This document shows, piece by piece, positions 34,381 through 50,807 of a stretch of DNA of 64,000 bases (its first letter is position 1; each line of letters starts with the position of its first letter). The translations under genes were made by a program, and so were the position numbers. The stretch lies in assembly GCF_009914755.1 (NCBI RefSeq), contig NC_060938.1; one strand, written 5' to 3'. The DNA is from the human T2T-CHM13v2.0 reference genome, Homo sapiens. The notes below the pieces were generated by a model. That model was not told the DNA's origin and ran no database searches. It worked only from the letters and a program-made list of their open reading frames with translations.

Positions 34381-35673
34381 ACTAACTTGTGCCTGATGTC
34401 ATCTATATGAATGAGAAAAATATGCCTATGTTATAAAGAAAGATTAGAAACTCTCTTGGAGAAATACATGTTAAGAGTCTTCCTGGTCATGGAGGGAGGA
34501 ACATTCATGTTTTTCTAGCAGCTTTTACACATATGAAAAGATGTGTGATTACTTAACAAATTTGTATCTGTTTTCTTATTTCCTCAACTGAGTATCTGAA
34601 TTCTCCTTAAGGGAATTTTAACTATTGTACTTTCTCTTGTACCCTCCCTTCTTTCCTCCAGTCTTAAGCATAGTTGTAAACACACAGTAGGTGTTAAGTA
34701 TTCATTTAAATGCAGGAGGGATTGAAAAAATATGCAGGGAGGTTTAAAAGACATGATTCAGTACTAGGGTGCTGAAAGGACAGCTCCTCTAAAAACCTCT
34801 GCAGGGAAGGGAAAGCAATAACCTCTCTTTGAGTAGAACATAAAAATCTCAGGTTCTTGCTATTTAGTTAAGCAAATATTATGACCTGACTCCAAGAAAA
34901 GTATAGAACACAACTTTCAAGCAGATAAAAGACAGAACCCAGAAAGAAGGGAGGGAGGAAGGACCTTCTTTTTCCTTCCCTGCTCAGTCCCTGTGGATAG
35001 GAACGAAGGAACTAGACCTTCAGCTGCAGCAGAGTATGTGGGGCTCTCCTTCCCTTCCCTGCTCCAGTCAAGACCTGGTTTTAAGTAAGAATCAGGTCAA
35101 GCTGCATTCAGCACATTTTTCAGTTTCTGTGGAAGGATATTTCCAGGAATATCAGGAATAAATCCTTAGTTCTTCCATTTTTAAAGTCAAGATGTTATTC
35201 CCTCTCAATCGTATGCTTGGAAACTGAATGTTTAGGCATATTTTGGTGGGTTTTGAGTAAGTGAATGTTATATACTTCACTCAAAAATCTTAGGTACATC
35301 TGAAAATATGTCCTTCTATTTCTAGTGGATGTAGATAATAAAAAACATAAACTAATAACCTTAATGTATGCCCTGTTTGAAAACTGAAACAACTCTCTTG
35401 TTAGAGAAACTTTCATATAATACCTAGGATTGCATCTCCCAAGATAATGAGTTTGGAACTGTACATTTTTCATCTTTCACTAAAATAAAGACGATGGATG
35501 AGCTCCTGGGTTATTTATACTTGTCATCCATAGACAGCTAAACTCTAACAAGTACCTACAATGGAGAGGATTAAAGCATTATATGAATGTAAAATGATTT
35601 ATAATATCATTTTTATATGTTTTCTTTGTCATAATATTTAGTAATTTCCCCTTCTGTTTTGAATAAAGTTTGA

Positions 35674-35990
35674 GGCCAGATACAGTGGCTTATGCCTATA
35701 ATCCCAACACTCTGGAAGGCTGAGGTGGGAGGAATGATTGAAGCCAAGAGTTTGAAACCAGCCTGGGCAACAAAGCAAGACCTCACCTCTGTTAAAAAAG
35801 TAAATAAAAATAATTGGCTGGGCATGGTGGCATGCGCCTCTGGTCCCAGCTTCTTTGGGAGGCTGGGGTGGGAGGATCTCTTGAGCCCAGGAGTTCAAGG
35901 TTGCAATGAGCTATGATTATGCCACTGCACTTCAGCCTGGGCGACAGAGTGAAAACCTGTCTCTAAAAATTAAAAAAACAAAAAAAGCTT
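35674..35990 (+). mobile_element. AluJ
   Basis: AluJ-type body; TSD AATAAAGTTTGA. Confidence 0.88.
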
Positions 35991-37246
35991 TTAAATAAAG
36001 TTTGAAGCTAAATTTTCACTTTAAGAAGCAATAATATGAAACTAAAGCTGAACAGTATTGCTTGACTTAATGTCTTCTATTCATGGTCCAGAATGCAACG
36101 TCACAACACATACTCAGAGGAGAAGTTCAAAAGGGTAACTCTGGTGATGAAGTGTCAGTGGCTCAATTTCATTCCAAGTCTTCGGAGACAAGGTTTGTCA
36201 ATCGTCTTCACTTTCCGAGTGACACAAACTGATCTGGTAGAGCACATAGACTTCAATGACCGCCCATGTTCACCCTCTGATGAACCAAGGCACTGCACTG
36301 AAGTTTTATATTTACATACTTAATCTCCCTCATGTAACTTATAAGCAACTTCTGATCTTATCACTTCTTTATGTCCTGGTACTTAACACAGTGTACAGTA
36401 TCTATCACTCACTAGGTACTCAATAATTAGTTTTTGACTGAAACTAAATTTTCTGAATTATCAAAAATTAATTCTAGTCAAGATCAGAACTCCTAGTGAG
36501 GCCAAATAAAAGAACGTGTCAGGTCTTTCAAATGCCATATTCTTCAAGTTAATTCTTTCCATTAGAACAAGTTACTTCCTACTTTCTCAACATCTGGGTT
36601 CCAGATTTAGGAATCCACTCTATCCAAGATAACTTGTATGACAATGAAGATAAGTCCTGGCCACCAAATGAAAAAGTAGCACGCTGTTGCCATGCCTAGC
36701 TCTGTGGACAGTTTTTCAGCCTAAGTCATACTGACTCTTGACTGCTCTAGCAGCCAGAGCACAAGATATTGAAGAAACCGAGTTCCTGATCACGAACCTC
36801 ACCTAGCTCTTCTGCTTTGACATTAGCTGTCCCTGAAAACAAAATCACAAAACTTCACCCACAGAATCAAAATCTGACTTATGTTTAAAATGACACTGTT
36901 TTCTAACATGCCAGGCTATTCATATTTCTTCCAATATATGACCAAGTTCATTTTCAACACTTTCAAAACACTATGCCAGGATGCTTAGCCTTAAGGCTAC
37001 CAAACTAGTCCCAAAAAGATGTAGTATCTGGAAACAATTTAAAGTAATTTGCTACCTCCAGGCATTTTAAAGATCAAAATGAAGAAAAATGAAGTTTTAA
37101 ACTGAATGAGAGGGAGAGGGGGAACCTAAAGATTTGAACATCGATTTGATAGTCAAAACACCAACAGAAAAAGAAGAGCAGAAAAACAAGCGAAGAGGCT
37201 ATGATTTTGATATTATGTGCTAGTTTTTAAAAAACATCTAAAGATA

Positions 37247-37615
<369 letters not shown>

Positions 37616-38802
37616 TTAATATTTAAATATTTAAAGTTGGTCCTTGCTAATGACGTTTTAAAAAATCAACTAAGATGAAAGTATACAAAATAAGGAATAA
37701 ACAGTAATTAATACATATTAACAATACCTTTTTAACAGATAAGAGATTATGGAAACTCTCAAATACAAAATAGTGTAAACTGCACTAAAGAGATATTTAC
37801 ATGTTTTTTTCTGAAATAAACTAGTATGATTAAGGGATTGTGATGGCAATTTAACTCCCTTGAAAAAAAAAGAAGATTTCATTATAGGGTATGAAATATG
37901 GGGCTCCTGGAAAATTGACGGAAACCAGGACACTGGGAGAAAGGCCCTGGGAGGGACCCCTGAGCATGGTCCCCCTGAGATTTGACCAGTTCCAAATATA
38001 GGCAAGGATCTAGAATGAGAAGAAAGAAGAAAATGTATTTCCCAAACAGCCTCACTGTCAAAGGACTGGGATTCAGCCACTGTACCTTGCAATCCTGATC
38101 TCCCATGGGGGAACGACATACTTTTTCCTCTCTAATCATCACTTGTCTCACCCCCACTCTCAACACACACATCCCTCTTAGCACATTAATCAGTGAGACT
38201 CCTAAAGGTACAACTTCTGAGATATAAGAAATAGGATCCAAGAAATCAACCCGACATTTTACAGGCAACTGAGCCTTGAGTTCACACATGCTTCCGGGAC
38301 TTGTGAGCCAGCTCAGCCCTGCGGAGACACCCCCATCTCTTTGAAAGCAAATGCCTTTAGGAGGCGGGGACAGGCGTTAGAAGAGGTGGTGGCAAGGTCC
38401 CTGATTTGGGGACTAAGGCTAGGACACTAACCACCATCTTGCCATAAACACTTCCAGATTGGGAATGGGGGGCGGCGGGGGGGTGGGTAAGAGAAGGGAC
38501 TGGGAAACTGGCAAATTCTCAGACTGGGACTTCAGGATGTGGAAATCGGGAGCCACTGCTGAGGTGGCCAACTGAAGGTGAAGAAGCCCAAGCGTCTGAA
38601 GTGCGGGCAGGGCCTGAGGCGTCTCGAGCTTATCCAGCAAGCGAAGCCCGGGCAGCCTAAGCGCGCGCCACCCACACCCAGGTCAATCGTCCTCCCCACC
38701 CCCCGCCCTCATCCCAGCCCTCGCGCAGTGCTCCCCCCTTCCCCGACCGCCCCCCAGGCCTCCGTCATTCCCCCTCCCCGCCCGGCCCCGCCTTCGCCTT
38801 AC

Positions 38803-39208
38803 ACTGAATGGGCGGGTAGCAACTGGGGTCCTCGCCGCCGGGCTGGCAGCGGCTGGAGAAGGCGCTGCGCGGGGTCACGTAGTTGCTGGGGAAGATGCCC
38901 ACCCGCTGGTTCAGCTGCCCGGTCCACCAGCCCTCGTCGCCGGACACCTGCGAGTCCTTGGACAGCACCTCCACCACGTCGCCCAGCCGCAGGGTCAGCT
39001 CGTCCTCGCCCGCCGCCTCGTACTCGAACACGGCCGTCCAGTAGGGCAGCGGCGCGTCGCAGCCCAGCTCCCCGGGGCCCACCGCCGCCGCCGCCTCCTC
39101 CTCCTCCTCCTCCTCCTCCTCGGCCCCGGCCCCTGCTCCATCCTCCCCCGGCGGGGCGGCAGCGGCGGCGCTCGCTAGGCAGCCGAGAAGCGCTCTGGAG
39201 GGCTCCAT
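38803..39208 (-). CDS. MAP3K9: MAP3K9/MLK1 coding exon 1 (N-terminus, poly-Glu/Ala tract, SH3 domain)
   Basis: ATG at 39208 gives [10 protein letters not shown]...[13 protein letters not shown]...[55 protein letters not shown], an MLK-type SH3 domain. Donor CAGT|GTAAGG follows 38803. Length 406 nt, phase 1. Confidence 0.98.
39083..39121 (-). repeat. Coding trinucleotide repeat (GAG)9(GCG)4, encoding E9A4
   Basis: On the + strand: (CGC)4 at 39083-39094 and (CTC)9 at 39095-39121. Confidence 0.95.
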
Positions 39209-39550
39209 GGAGCGGCCGATCCATAGGGTGCGGGGCCGCCGCCGCCCGCAGGAGCCGCCGCCGCCTATTGTTCATGCGCCTCCGCAGAGCTGGGAGGACC
39301 CCCCCACAACGACGGCGGCCGCAGGTAGGGCCCGGGCTGGCAGGGCTGGGAGAGCCGGCTCGCCGGCGCTGTTACCGCGGTACGAGAAGAGCGCCGAGCG
39401 CGAGCTCTTCGCGCAGCCTAGGGGCGCAGCGGGCCGAGTCCCCGCCTGCCCGCTCGCCCCCCCGGGGGCGGCCTCGTCACCTCTGCCGCCGGTACCTGCT
39501 CGCGCAGCCGGTGCCCGCCGCTGCCCGCCGGCCGCCGCTCTCCTCTCCGC
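39209..39550 (-). other. MAP3K9: GC-rich 5' UTR of MAP3K9 (upstream limit approximate)
   Basis: Lies between the ATG and the GC-box/CCAAT cluster. An in-frame TGA at 39272-39274 bounds the main ORF. The TSS itself cannot be read from sequence. Confidence 0.65.
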
Positions 39551-40706
39551 GCCGTGCCGTGCCCCGCCCCCCGCACCGCCAGCTCGCCGGGACCACCTGA
39601 CGCGGGCCTGGCTCCGCCCCAGCCCTGCGGACCCCAGGGGGCTCCGCCCCACGCCCGCCCCGCCCCGCGCCCGCTGCCTTCCCATTGGCTGCGGCCGCCC
39701 AGTCCCCGGTTCCTCCGCCGTGGTTGGGGCAGCCTAGCTGGCCGTCTCGCAGGTCCCTCTCACCCCCTGCGCCGCCGTCGCACCGTGCCCTCCCCCATTG
39801 CGGGCTCTGTCATTCTCAAACCCAGGTCGACCCACTCTTCCCGCCCACTGGCCCGCCGCAGCTCCCTCCATTGGCTCGCGGCACCTGTCCGTTTCCTGGG
39901 AGAGTTCAGCACCTCCCGGCAGGAAGAGGCTCCGGCCTCATTGGGTGCGTGAGAAGGGAAGGGTGGATCCTAAAAGGTAATACTGAGCCTTCATTCAAAC
40001 TAAAAGGCTGGAAGGGAGGCAGCTGCCTTTGTTTGCCATGGATGGGTAGGGGCTGCACTGAGCAGCACCGGTGTTCTTCATCCGGCTGCACCCCCAACAG
40101 AGCTCTTTCTTCCCCAGATCCCTTTTACAGTTGGATTCTCCCTCTTGGATCTGGCTCTGCCTTAGTCCGACCTAGAGGGATCAGCTTCGCCCACGCCCAC
40201 TCTCACCCGGAACCTTTCATCTCTTATTGAAGCCTTTTAGGCCCATTGGGATGTTCATTAGAACTCTGAAAACTACAGTTCTCCCCTTTATGAGGACTGC
40301 ACCACAGCTCGCCCTCTCCTGGGTTCCGGTAAGAAGAGATTCCAATACCACTCTTTTTTCAGAATTCAGAAAGGCAAGAGACCACCTTACTGAGCTTCAA
40401 ACTGGGGCTGGGAACGCTGCCATGAATTGGGCTTGGTCTGTCTGAAGGGAGCCACCTTTTCGACAATCCTTAGACTTCTTTTGCCTGTTGGAATTACACC
40501 TTGGATCGTGGCGAAGTCTATAGAGGTCAGATTAAGAAGAACCAAAGCAGAATAAACGTAGAACCCGATGCTGAGTTCACGAGTGAGGACGACCTCTTCC
40601 TATATGCTTTGCTATACCCTGCGTTTTGAACATTAAGGACGAGATAGGAGGCCCATAATGTTTCTTCTTGCTTTAATCCTGTCGTGGCAACGTTGACTTC
40701 CAGTAA

Positions 40707-40984
<278 letters not shown>

Positions 40985-41520
40985 CTCTGAAATTTCTAAA
41001 TAAGCCAGTGCTGAAGGATCTAGCCCAACTTCTACCAAACTTTGTTACCTTTTCCCCTTCAGTGGTAGGAATAGACATGATTTATTTAGCAAGGGTGAGT
41101 GCTTTTGTTGAATTTTAGTTTGGGGTTTATTATTACACAAACTAAAGACAGCGGGGCAATTTGGAAAGATAACTAGGCAGCTGCATGACTTCAGGCAGGT
41201 GTCCTAACACTGTACTCTTAAAGTGAGGGGAGTGAACTGGAAGATATCCTGTGTCCTCATAGTTTGAACATTCTGTGGTTCGCTCATCAATATGACTACA
41301 CTGTATAGTCATAGCACACATTTGAGGTCTTGAAGAAGAGAGATGAGGCTTGTTCTAAAAAGCATCCAGAGTAGGTCTTGAAAAAGGATTTCTGTTTAAG
41401 TAAAGACCTAAAACAATGCTCAGATTCTTATTATACATAGGATCCATGAACTGGAAAAGATATGGATGAGTCTGAGTAAATTATCTAGGTTTTGTTTTAG
41501 ACAAAACCATTCCACTGTCA

Positions 41521-41931
<411 letters not shown>

Positions 41932-43524
41932 TTACAAACTGTAGACACACAGCAAAACAGAAACAGGAAAAAAAGTACTAAAAAGAGAAAAATGTCAGTA
42001 GTGGGTCTCTAAGTAGTCGGATTATGAGTAATTGGGTAAGTTTATTGTCATTTTGCTTCTCCATAATTTCGTATGTTCTACTATTTAGTTTTGTGGATTC
42101 CTTCCCACTCCCTGGGAAGAGGGGAAGAGAGGAGAAAAATCATTGATTCTTCTCAATAGGAAAACTAATTCCCTGTGCAACTTAAACCTTTAATACCATA
42201 GCATGTGTTTAGAATCTCATAAAGAATCATTCATCAAACATTTCAACAAGTCATTCAGTTAATATTTGTTGAATGGGTAAGTGCTAGGAATTCAAATGAG
42301 GGTAGATCTTTCAGACTAAACTTGTCTGGCAGGGTTGCATGGAAGAAGCAGAACCAGAACTGGTCCTGGAGGGGAATGGGGTGGAGCAGGGAAGAGTGTG
42401 TTCAGGAAAGGAGGGTGGGAATAGGCACAGCCACAGACGTAGGAAAGCATGGAGAGGGGACCATTTGGATGGAATAGAAGGATGAGAAAGAACTGAAAAG
42501 ATAGGTTGAGACCAGACTGTAGAGGGCCCTGTAATCACTTGATTCACACTAGTAATTATGTAATTGATTATTTGTAATTATTTAATGTCTGGTGCATCCA
42601 CCATAAGGGTAGGAACCAGTCTGTCTGGTTCTCCACAGCTCTCCCAGCACCTAGAGAGTGCTTAGCACATAATTGACTCTCAGTACTTCTTTGCAACTGG
42701 ATGGCTGACTTGAATCCCAGGCGAAGAAGCCTTGGTTTTGTTCAGCATGTAAAAGATTATCACTGAAAGGTTTTGAGTAGGGCTGTGGGGTGATCAAATA
42801 CTGCCTTCCCTGAGGACTAGAATGGATGAGGAGATGCTTAAGTTGGGCATTGAAAGATATGTACAACCTGATTAATAGAGAATAAAAGATGTGGAAATAG
42901 AAATTAATGTAGTGGGTAGCAATAATAGAAATTTCATCCAGAGAAGAGGAGAGAATGCAAAAAGGGAGTGATGGGAAATAAAACTGATGAAATAAAAGAA
43001 GGGCAGATTGTAAAAGACTTTGAAAGTCAGGTGGAATTACCAAGATTTTACCACTATGAAGTTTTTGAGGAGGGGATTGGCAGATGTCACCCCAAAAAAG
43101 AAACATTTTCTCTACCACGCTGAAAAGCATAGCATAAGGGAGAAAATAGCAATCAAGATGCAAGTTGGCATTAGACTTAAGTCAACAGATCATGGTTTAT
43201 CCTGGCTTTGTCCTTTAAAAATGCTGTGACTTTGGGCAAGACACCAGTTTGAACCTCAGTTTCCTCAATTTTAAGTAGGTGTAATAATAATACCTGGTTT
43301 TAATGGATGTTTACAGGATTAAATGAGACAGGACATGCAGAAGCTCTTAGCTTGCTGCTCACACCCAGCAAATAGTCAACATATTTTTTTCCTTCTTTCA
43401 CCTGCCCATTACCCCCAAGAAACACTCTTTAATTACACCTAGGCCTCTTGACTGAAAGTTGAACCCAGGGTTTTCCCTAAAGGAAAGAGAGAGAAGGAAG
43501 GAAGGAAAAAGGAACAGAGGCCTC

Positions 43525-43901
43525 TGGGAGGCCGAGATGGGTGGACCACTTGAGCTGAGGAGTTCAAGACCAGCCTGGGCAACATGGTGAAACCCCATCT
43601 CTACAAAATAGAAAAATTAGCCAGGCATGGTGGTGCCTGTGGTCCTAGCTTTTGGGAGGCTGAGATGGGTGGACCACTTGAGCTGAGGAGTTCAAGACCA
43701 GCCTGGGCAACATGGTGAAACCCCATCTCTACAAAATAGAAAAATTAGCCAGGCATGGTGGTGCCTGTGGTCCTAGCTTTTGGGAGGCTGAGATGGGAGG
43801 TTCGCTTGAGCAGAGATGTTGAGGCTGTAGTGAGCTGAGATTGCTCCACTGCACTCTAGCCTGGGTAACAAAACGAGACCCTCTCTCTCAAAAAAAAAAA
43901 A
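43525..43901 (+). mobile_element. 5'-truncated AluJ with a perfect internal 128-bp tandem duplication
   Basis: 43534-43661 is identical to 43662-43789. Confidence 0.9.
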
Positions 43902-44319
43902 AGGAACAGAAAGGAGAGGAGAGGAAGGGGTGAAGGAAGGAGGGAGGGCAGGAGGAGAGGGAAAGAAAGAAAGGACGAAAAAGAGAAAAACAGGAAGGAA
44001 GCAGGGAGGGGAGAAAAGGAAGGAAAGAAAGGAGGGAAGGGAAGAAAGAGGGCAGGCATCATAGACTATTGAAGAATTTGGGGTCTTGGCTTCTGACTGA
44101 GTTTGAATCTATGCTTACTGTGTGCCATTAGGCAAGTTAACCCTGCTGTGCCCCAGATCCCTCACCTGGAAATTAGGGATAATTGTACCTATCTTATATA
44201 TGTTATGTGCTTAACACATAATCTAGCATGTAGTTACTGGTATTATTTGAGCCTAAACTGTGACTTAGTTAATGAATGTCACCCTTTCCTTGATTCTTTT
44301 GGGAAATATTTAAAATTAG

Positions 44320-44671
<352 letters not shown>

Positions 44672-45744
44672 CCTTTGACCTTTTCTAAAAGAGCCAGCCC
44701 ACCACTTTCACCTCTCATGTGTACCATTTCAGGAAAGAAGCCCTAGTTCCTGTTTCATAAACTCCATTTGCATTAAATATGATTTTAGGCAAATGGTTTG
44801 GGCAGATATGTGGCAGGGCTGATGGAACAGACCTTTGGAGTCAGACCCAGACAAGTCTTGATCAACTTGTCATGACTGTGGGAGGCCTTTCACCTCTCTG
44901 AGCCTCTGTTTCATTGTTGGTAACATGAGATTGTATAAAATGGGGTTGCTGTGAAGGTTAGATGAAGTAAGAGGTCCTCCTGGCAGTGCCTAATACATAA
45001 TAATAAGTGCTTAATAAATTGTAAATGTTATTACAATTGATAGTATTTAATTCCTCTATGAGGAATTATGAGTTAATGTAGCTTGAACCACCAAAAAGGT
45101 AAGAAATCTTTCCTCTTTTAGGAAAACCTCAGTTCAGAAAAGCAATAAACTATGGGGGGGGTGGCTGTTTAGAATGTCGCATCTCTGGAGAGCAAGTTGC
45201 ATTTTAACAATGATCAGAGCCTTTAATTAAGGAGTGAAGGTCAAATCATTTCTGCTTCATCCAGCCTGGTTGCAGAGTGAGCCCATGGGACAGCCCTCTG
45301 AAATTATACTGCTTACAACCATGCTGAGTCTGCAAGGACTTCGTCCAAGCCTTTCCGTCCAGGACCTCAAACAGATCCAATCACAAGAAGAGAGATTTCA
45401 GGAAAGAGAAAATTATTCCTATCATCGGGGTTTTTGAAGAACATGAAATGACTGGGAAAATAATCATGTTAAGTGGAAAAAAAAAAGAAATCTATCTGTT
45501 GTAATTTTCAAATAATTTTTAAATAAATTTGAAAAATTAAGAGAACTATATATATAATACATTCCTAATCTTGTGAAAAATATATATGCATTAATATTAT
45601 TGAAAGAAATATATCAAAAGGTGAACAGCAATTATCACCAATCTAGATTATGAGATTAGGAGTGATTTTTTTTCTTTGTCCTATACTATTTAATATTTTC
45701 TACCATTAAAATATTCTGATTTTCTAATTAGAATAGTACGTTAG

Positions 45745-46090
45745 ACAAAGAAGGACAAATATCACATGAACTCTCACTCTCTTATGGAACAGATCTTGTG
45801 GAATCTAAAAAAGTTGAACTCATAGAAAAAGAGGAAAATGATGGTTACCAGTTAGAAAAAAGGAATAAGTTCAAGAGATCTATTGTACACCATGGTCAAT
45901 ATAGTTAACAATATATTTTATACTTTAAAATTGCTAAGATAGTAGATTTTAAGTGTTCTCACCACACAAAAAAATAAGTATGTGAAAAGCATATGGTAAT
46001 TAGCTTGATTTAACCACGCCACAGTGCATACATATGTCAAAACGTCATGTTGTATACTATAAATATATACACTTTTTGTCAATTTTAAAC
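45745..46090 (+). mobile_element. L1MA-type 3' UTR fragment
   Basis: GTGGAATCTAAAAAAGTTGAACTCATAGAA...GAATAAGTTCAAGAGATCTATTGTACA...GATTTTAAGTGTTCTCACCAC. Confidence 0.75.
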
Positions 46091-46289
46091 AGGTTATAAA
46101 AAAACATGTTATTGTTGATAATTATGAAAAATTTTAATGATATGGAAATGTGTACAGTATAATGATAAATGAAAGAGTAGTAAAAATCCTTATAAAATAT
46201 AATTACAAATGTGTTGGGTGGATAATATAAAAATCTTAACAGCTATTTCTGAGCTAAGTGGTGGAGCATGGGTAATTTTTAGTGCCTTC

Positions 46290-47006
<717 letters not shown>

Positions 47007-47452
47007 CCTTCATTTTACTTTTCTTTTTCCTACAGCAAAAATAACCATGTGATATTTGTGTAATTGTAATAAAGAACTACAAAATCACTTTTATCTTTTT
47101 AAATACAAAATTCAAACTAAAATCATTATTGTTAGTTGGAGAGATGGTGGAGGAAGGAAAACAGAAGCTGAGGATGACACTACTAATAAGTAACAATAAT
47201 GACAATGACTCCTGTTACTTAACGGCTTGCTTAGGTTCACAGTCTTTTTTATTTGCTAGACGCTTTAACGGCTTCTTCCAAGCAAACAAAAGTCTTGGAA
47301 TCCAAACAGTCCCTTTACTCCTCACCCCTCATACCTCATGGAGGGAAATTCTTGGTTATGTGCAGACACATATGTGGACTAAGTTAGCATGGCTGTGGCA
47401 CCCCTTACCTGACACGGATTTAGACTTTAGCTTTTCAAACGTTTTGGTCTGT

Positions 47453-47740
47453 ATTTATTTATTTATTGAGACGGAGGCTCACACTGTCACCCAGGCTGGA
47501 GTGCAGTGGCGCCATCTCCGCTCACTGCAACCTCCGCCTTCCCAGGTTCGAGCGATTGTCCTGCCTCAACCTCCCGAGTGGCTGGAATTACAGGCGCCCA
47601 CCCACCACACCCAGCTAATTTTTCTATTTTTAGTAGAGACGGGGTTTCACCATGTGGTCTCGAACTCTTGACCTCAGCTGATCTGCCCGCCTCGGCCTCC
47701 CAAAGTGCTGGGATTACAGGCGTGAGCCACAGCGCCCGGC
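47453..47740 (-). mobile_element. AluS
   Basis: Alu body with a small left-arm deletion. Confidence 0.88.
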
Positions 47741-48349
47741 AAACCTTGGTCTTTAAATCACGTTGGCAAGACTGAACTCAAACGTAAGCTCTCTGTTTTG
47801 GTTTTGAGAGTTGTGCCTTCTTATCTAAAACAGTAACAATTTAAATATTTTTGTTATTTAAACAAACCAATAAGATCTGAGGAATGAGCAACCGTCACAG
47901 TTGTCTGAATAATACATTGCACGGTAGTGGTGGCTGTTTCATAACGGACTTGGCACAGCAGTGCCCTCTTAGAGACAAAGGTGGACCATTGCGCCGCCGT
48001 GTGGTATTGAGGGGTATGGCGCCTTCTTCCTTTTATAATTACGCTTTTTCTAGTTAAGAGCTAGAATAACCTTCGCGGTCGCTGGGTGGAGCCCTTTCAA
48101 TTTGTTGTGTGGGCTAACTAAGTGTGGAAACTAAGACTCAGGCAAGTGATGTTACTGGGGCTTGAACCCAAATCTTCACCCTTTGTGCTCCCAGCTTTTC
48201 AAGTTAACTCAGGGATGTCTGCACATAGCTGGAGGGAAACGGAGCTGTCTTATGCAAAACTCAATTTCACATTCAAAGAAACTGAAGTGTAGAGAGGATA
48301 AGTGACTTGCTAAAAGGTCTGCGCTAATTTGGGGTCCTTCGTTTTTTAT

Positions 48350-50025
<1,676 letters not shown>

Positions 50026-50807
50026 TTCAAGAACTGTTAAATGACAACAGTCTAGTCCCTGAGAACCTTAACTCTATAAAATGACTAAGGGCGCAATAAT
50101 GATTAGAAAACATTCAGACTCAAATAATAAAATACTTTCTCCTTTAACGTGGTTTTCCAGATTTCTACTCAAGGAGACCTTTTAAGTGGCTATGCCTTTC
50201 CTAGTTGAAGGCTGTGAATCTTTTGCTCACAGACATGAGACATGAGTCTCCTGACACTGATGAGACCTTTAAGACAGTTGCCTGTTCTCTGGGTTACTGG
50301 ATGGAGCCCTTTGTGAAGTCAGTGGGAGCCCCAGAGAGAAGCCTGCTTGGCCGGTGGAACATCAGGGAAACTCTCTTGTGCTTTGTGTTTTATGAAAAGT
50401 AGGGGAGATTCCAACCTGAAGCCTTCCCATCTTTGCTTCCTGGGGTTTTGTTGATACCCAGGTCAGGTGCAATTGCTTGCAGCTTCATGATGTCTCTTCG
50501 TTATCTTATAGTCTGCCCTCTTCCCCAGCTCTGTACATGATGGAATTGCCATTCTTTTGCATGGGTACACTCCTTCCTGGGATGTGGGCAAGGGATGGCA
50601 GAGTGACTGACAGCTTATTGAGTACTAGGCAGTAGGTTGGGCACTGATAGACATACCCTCCATTAGTATACGAAGACGAAGCCACCGACCTACCAACTGT
50701 ACCACTCACTGTAATCACAGCCAACATTTATATACTATTTTAGAGTTCAGAAAACACTTTTACAGACAGGTGCCAGTATACTGACTAAGAGTACATACAG
50801 ACTCTGA

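Larger units (their letters stand above)
38560..39960. promoter_or_regulatory. CpG island / bidirectional-type promoter of MAP3K9
   Basis: Very high GC and CpG density. Several CCGCCC GC boxes at 39614-39666, ATTGG (CCAAT) boxes at 39684, 39870 and 39940, and a CRE half-site TGACG at 39598. Confidence 0.92.

Noticed and set aside
38578-40230. 340, 176, 132 and 181 aa + strand ORFs in the promoter island
   Set aside because: GC-rich antisense frames without stops, mostly non-ATG starts, low-complexity Pro/Arg content.
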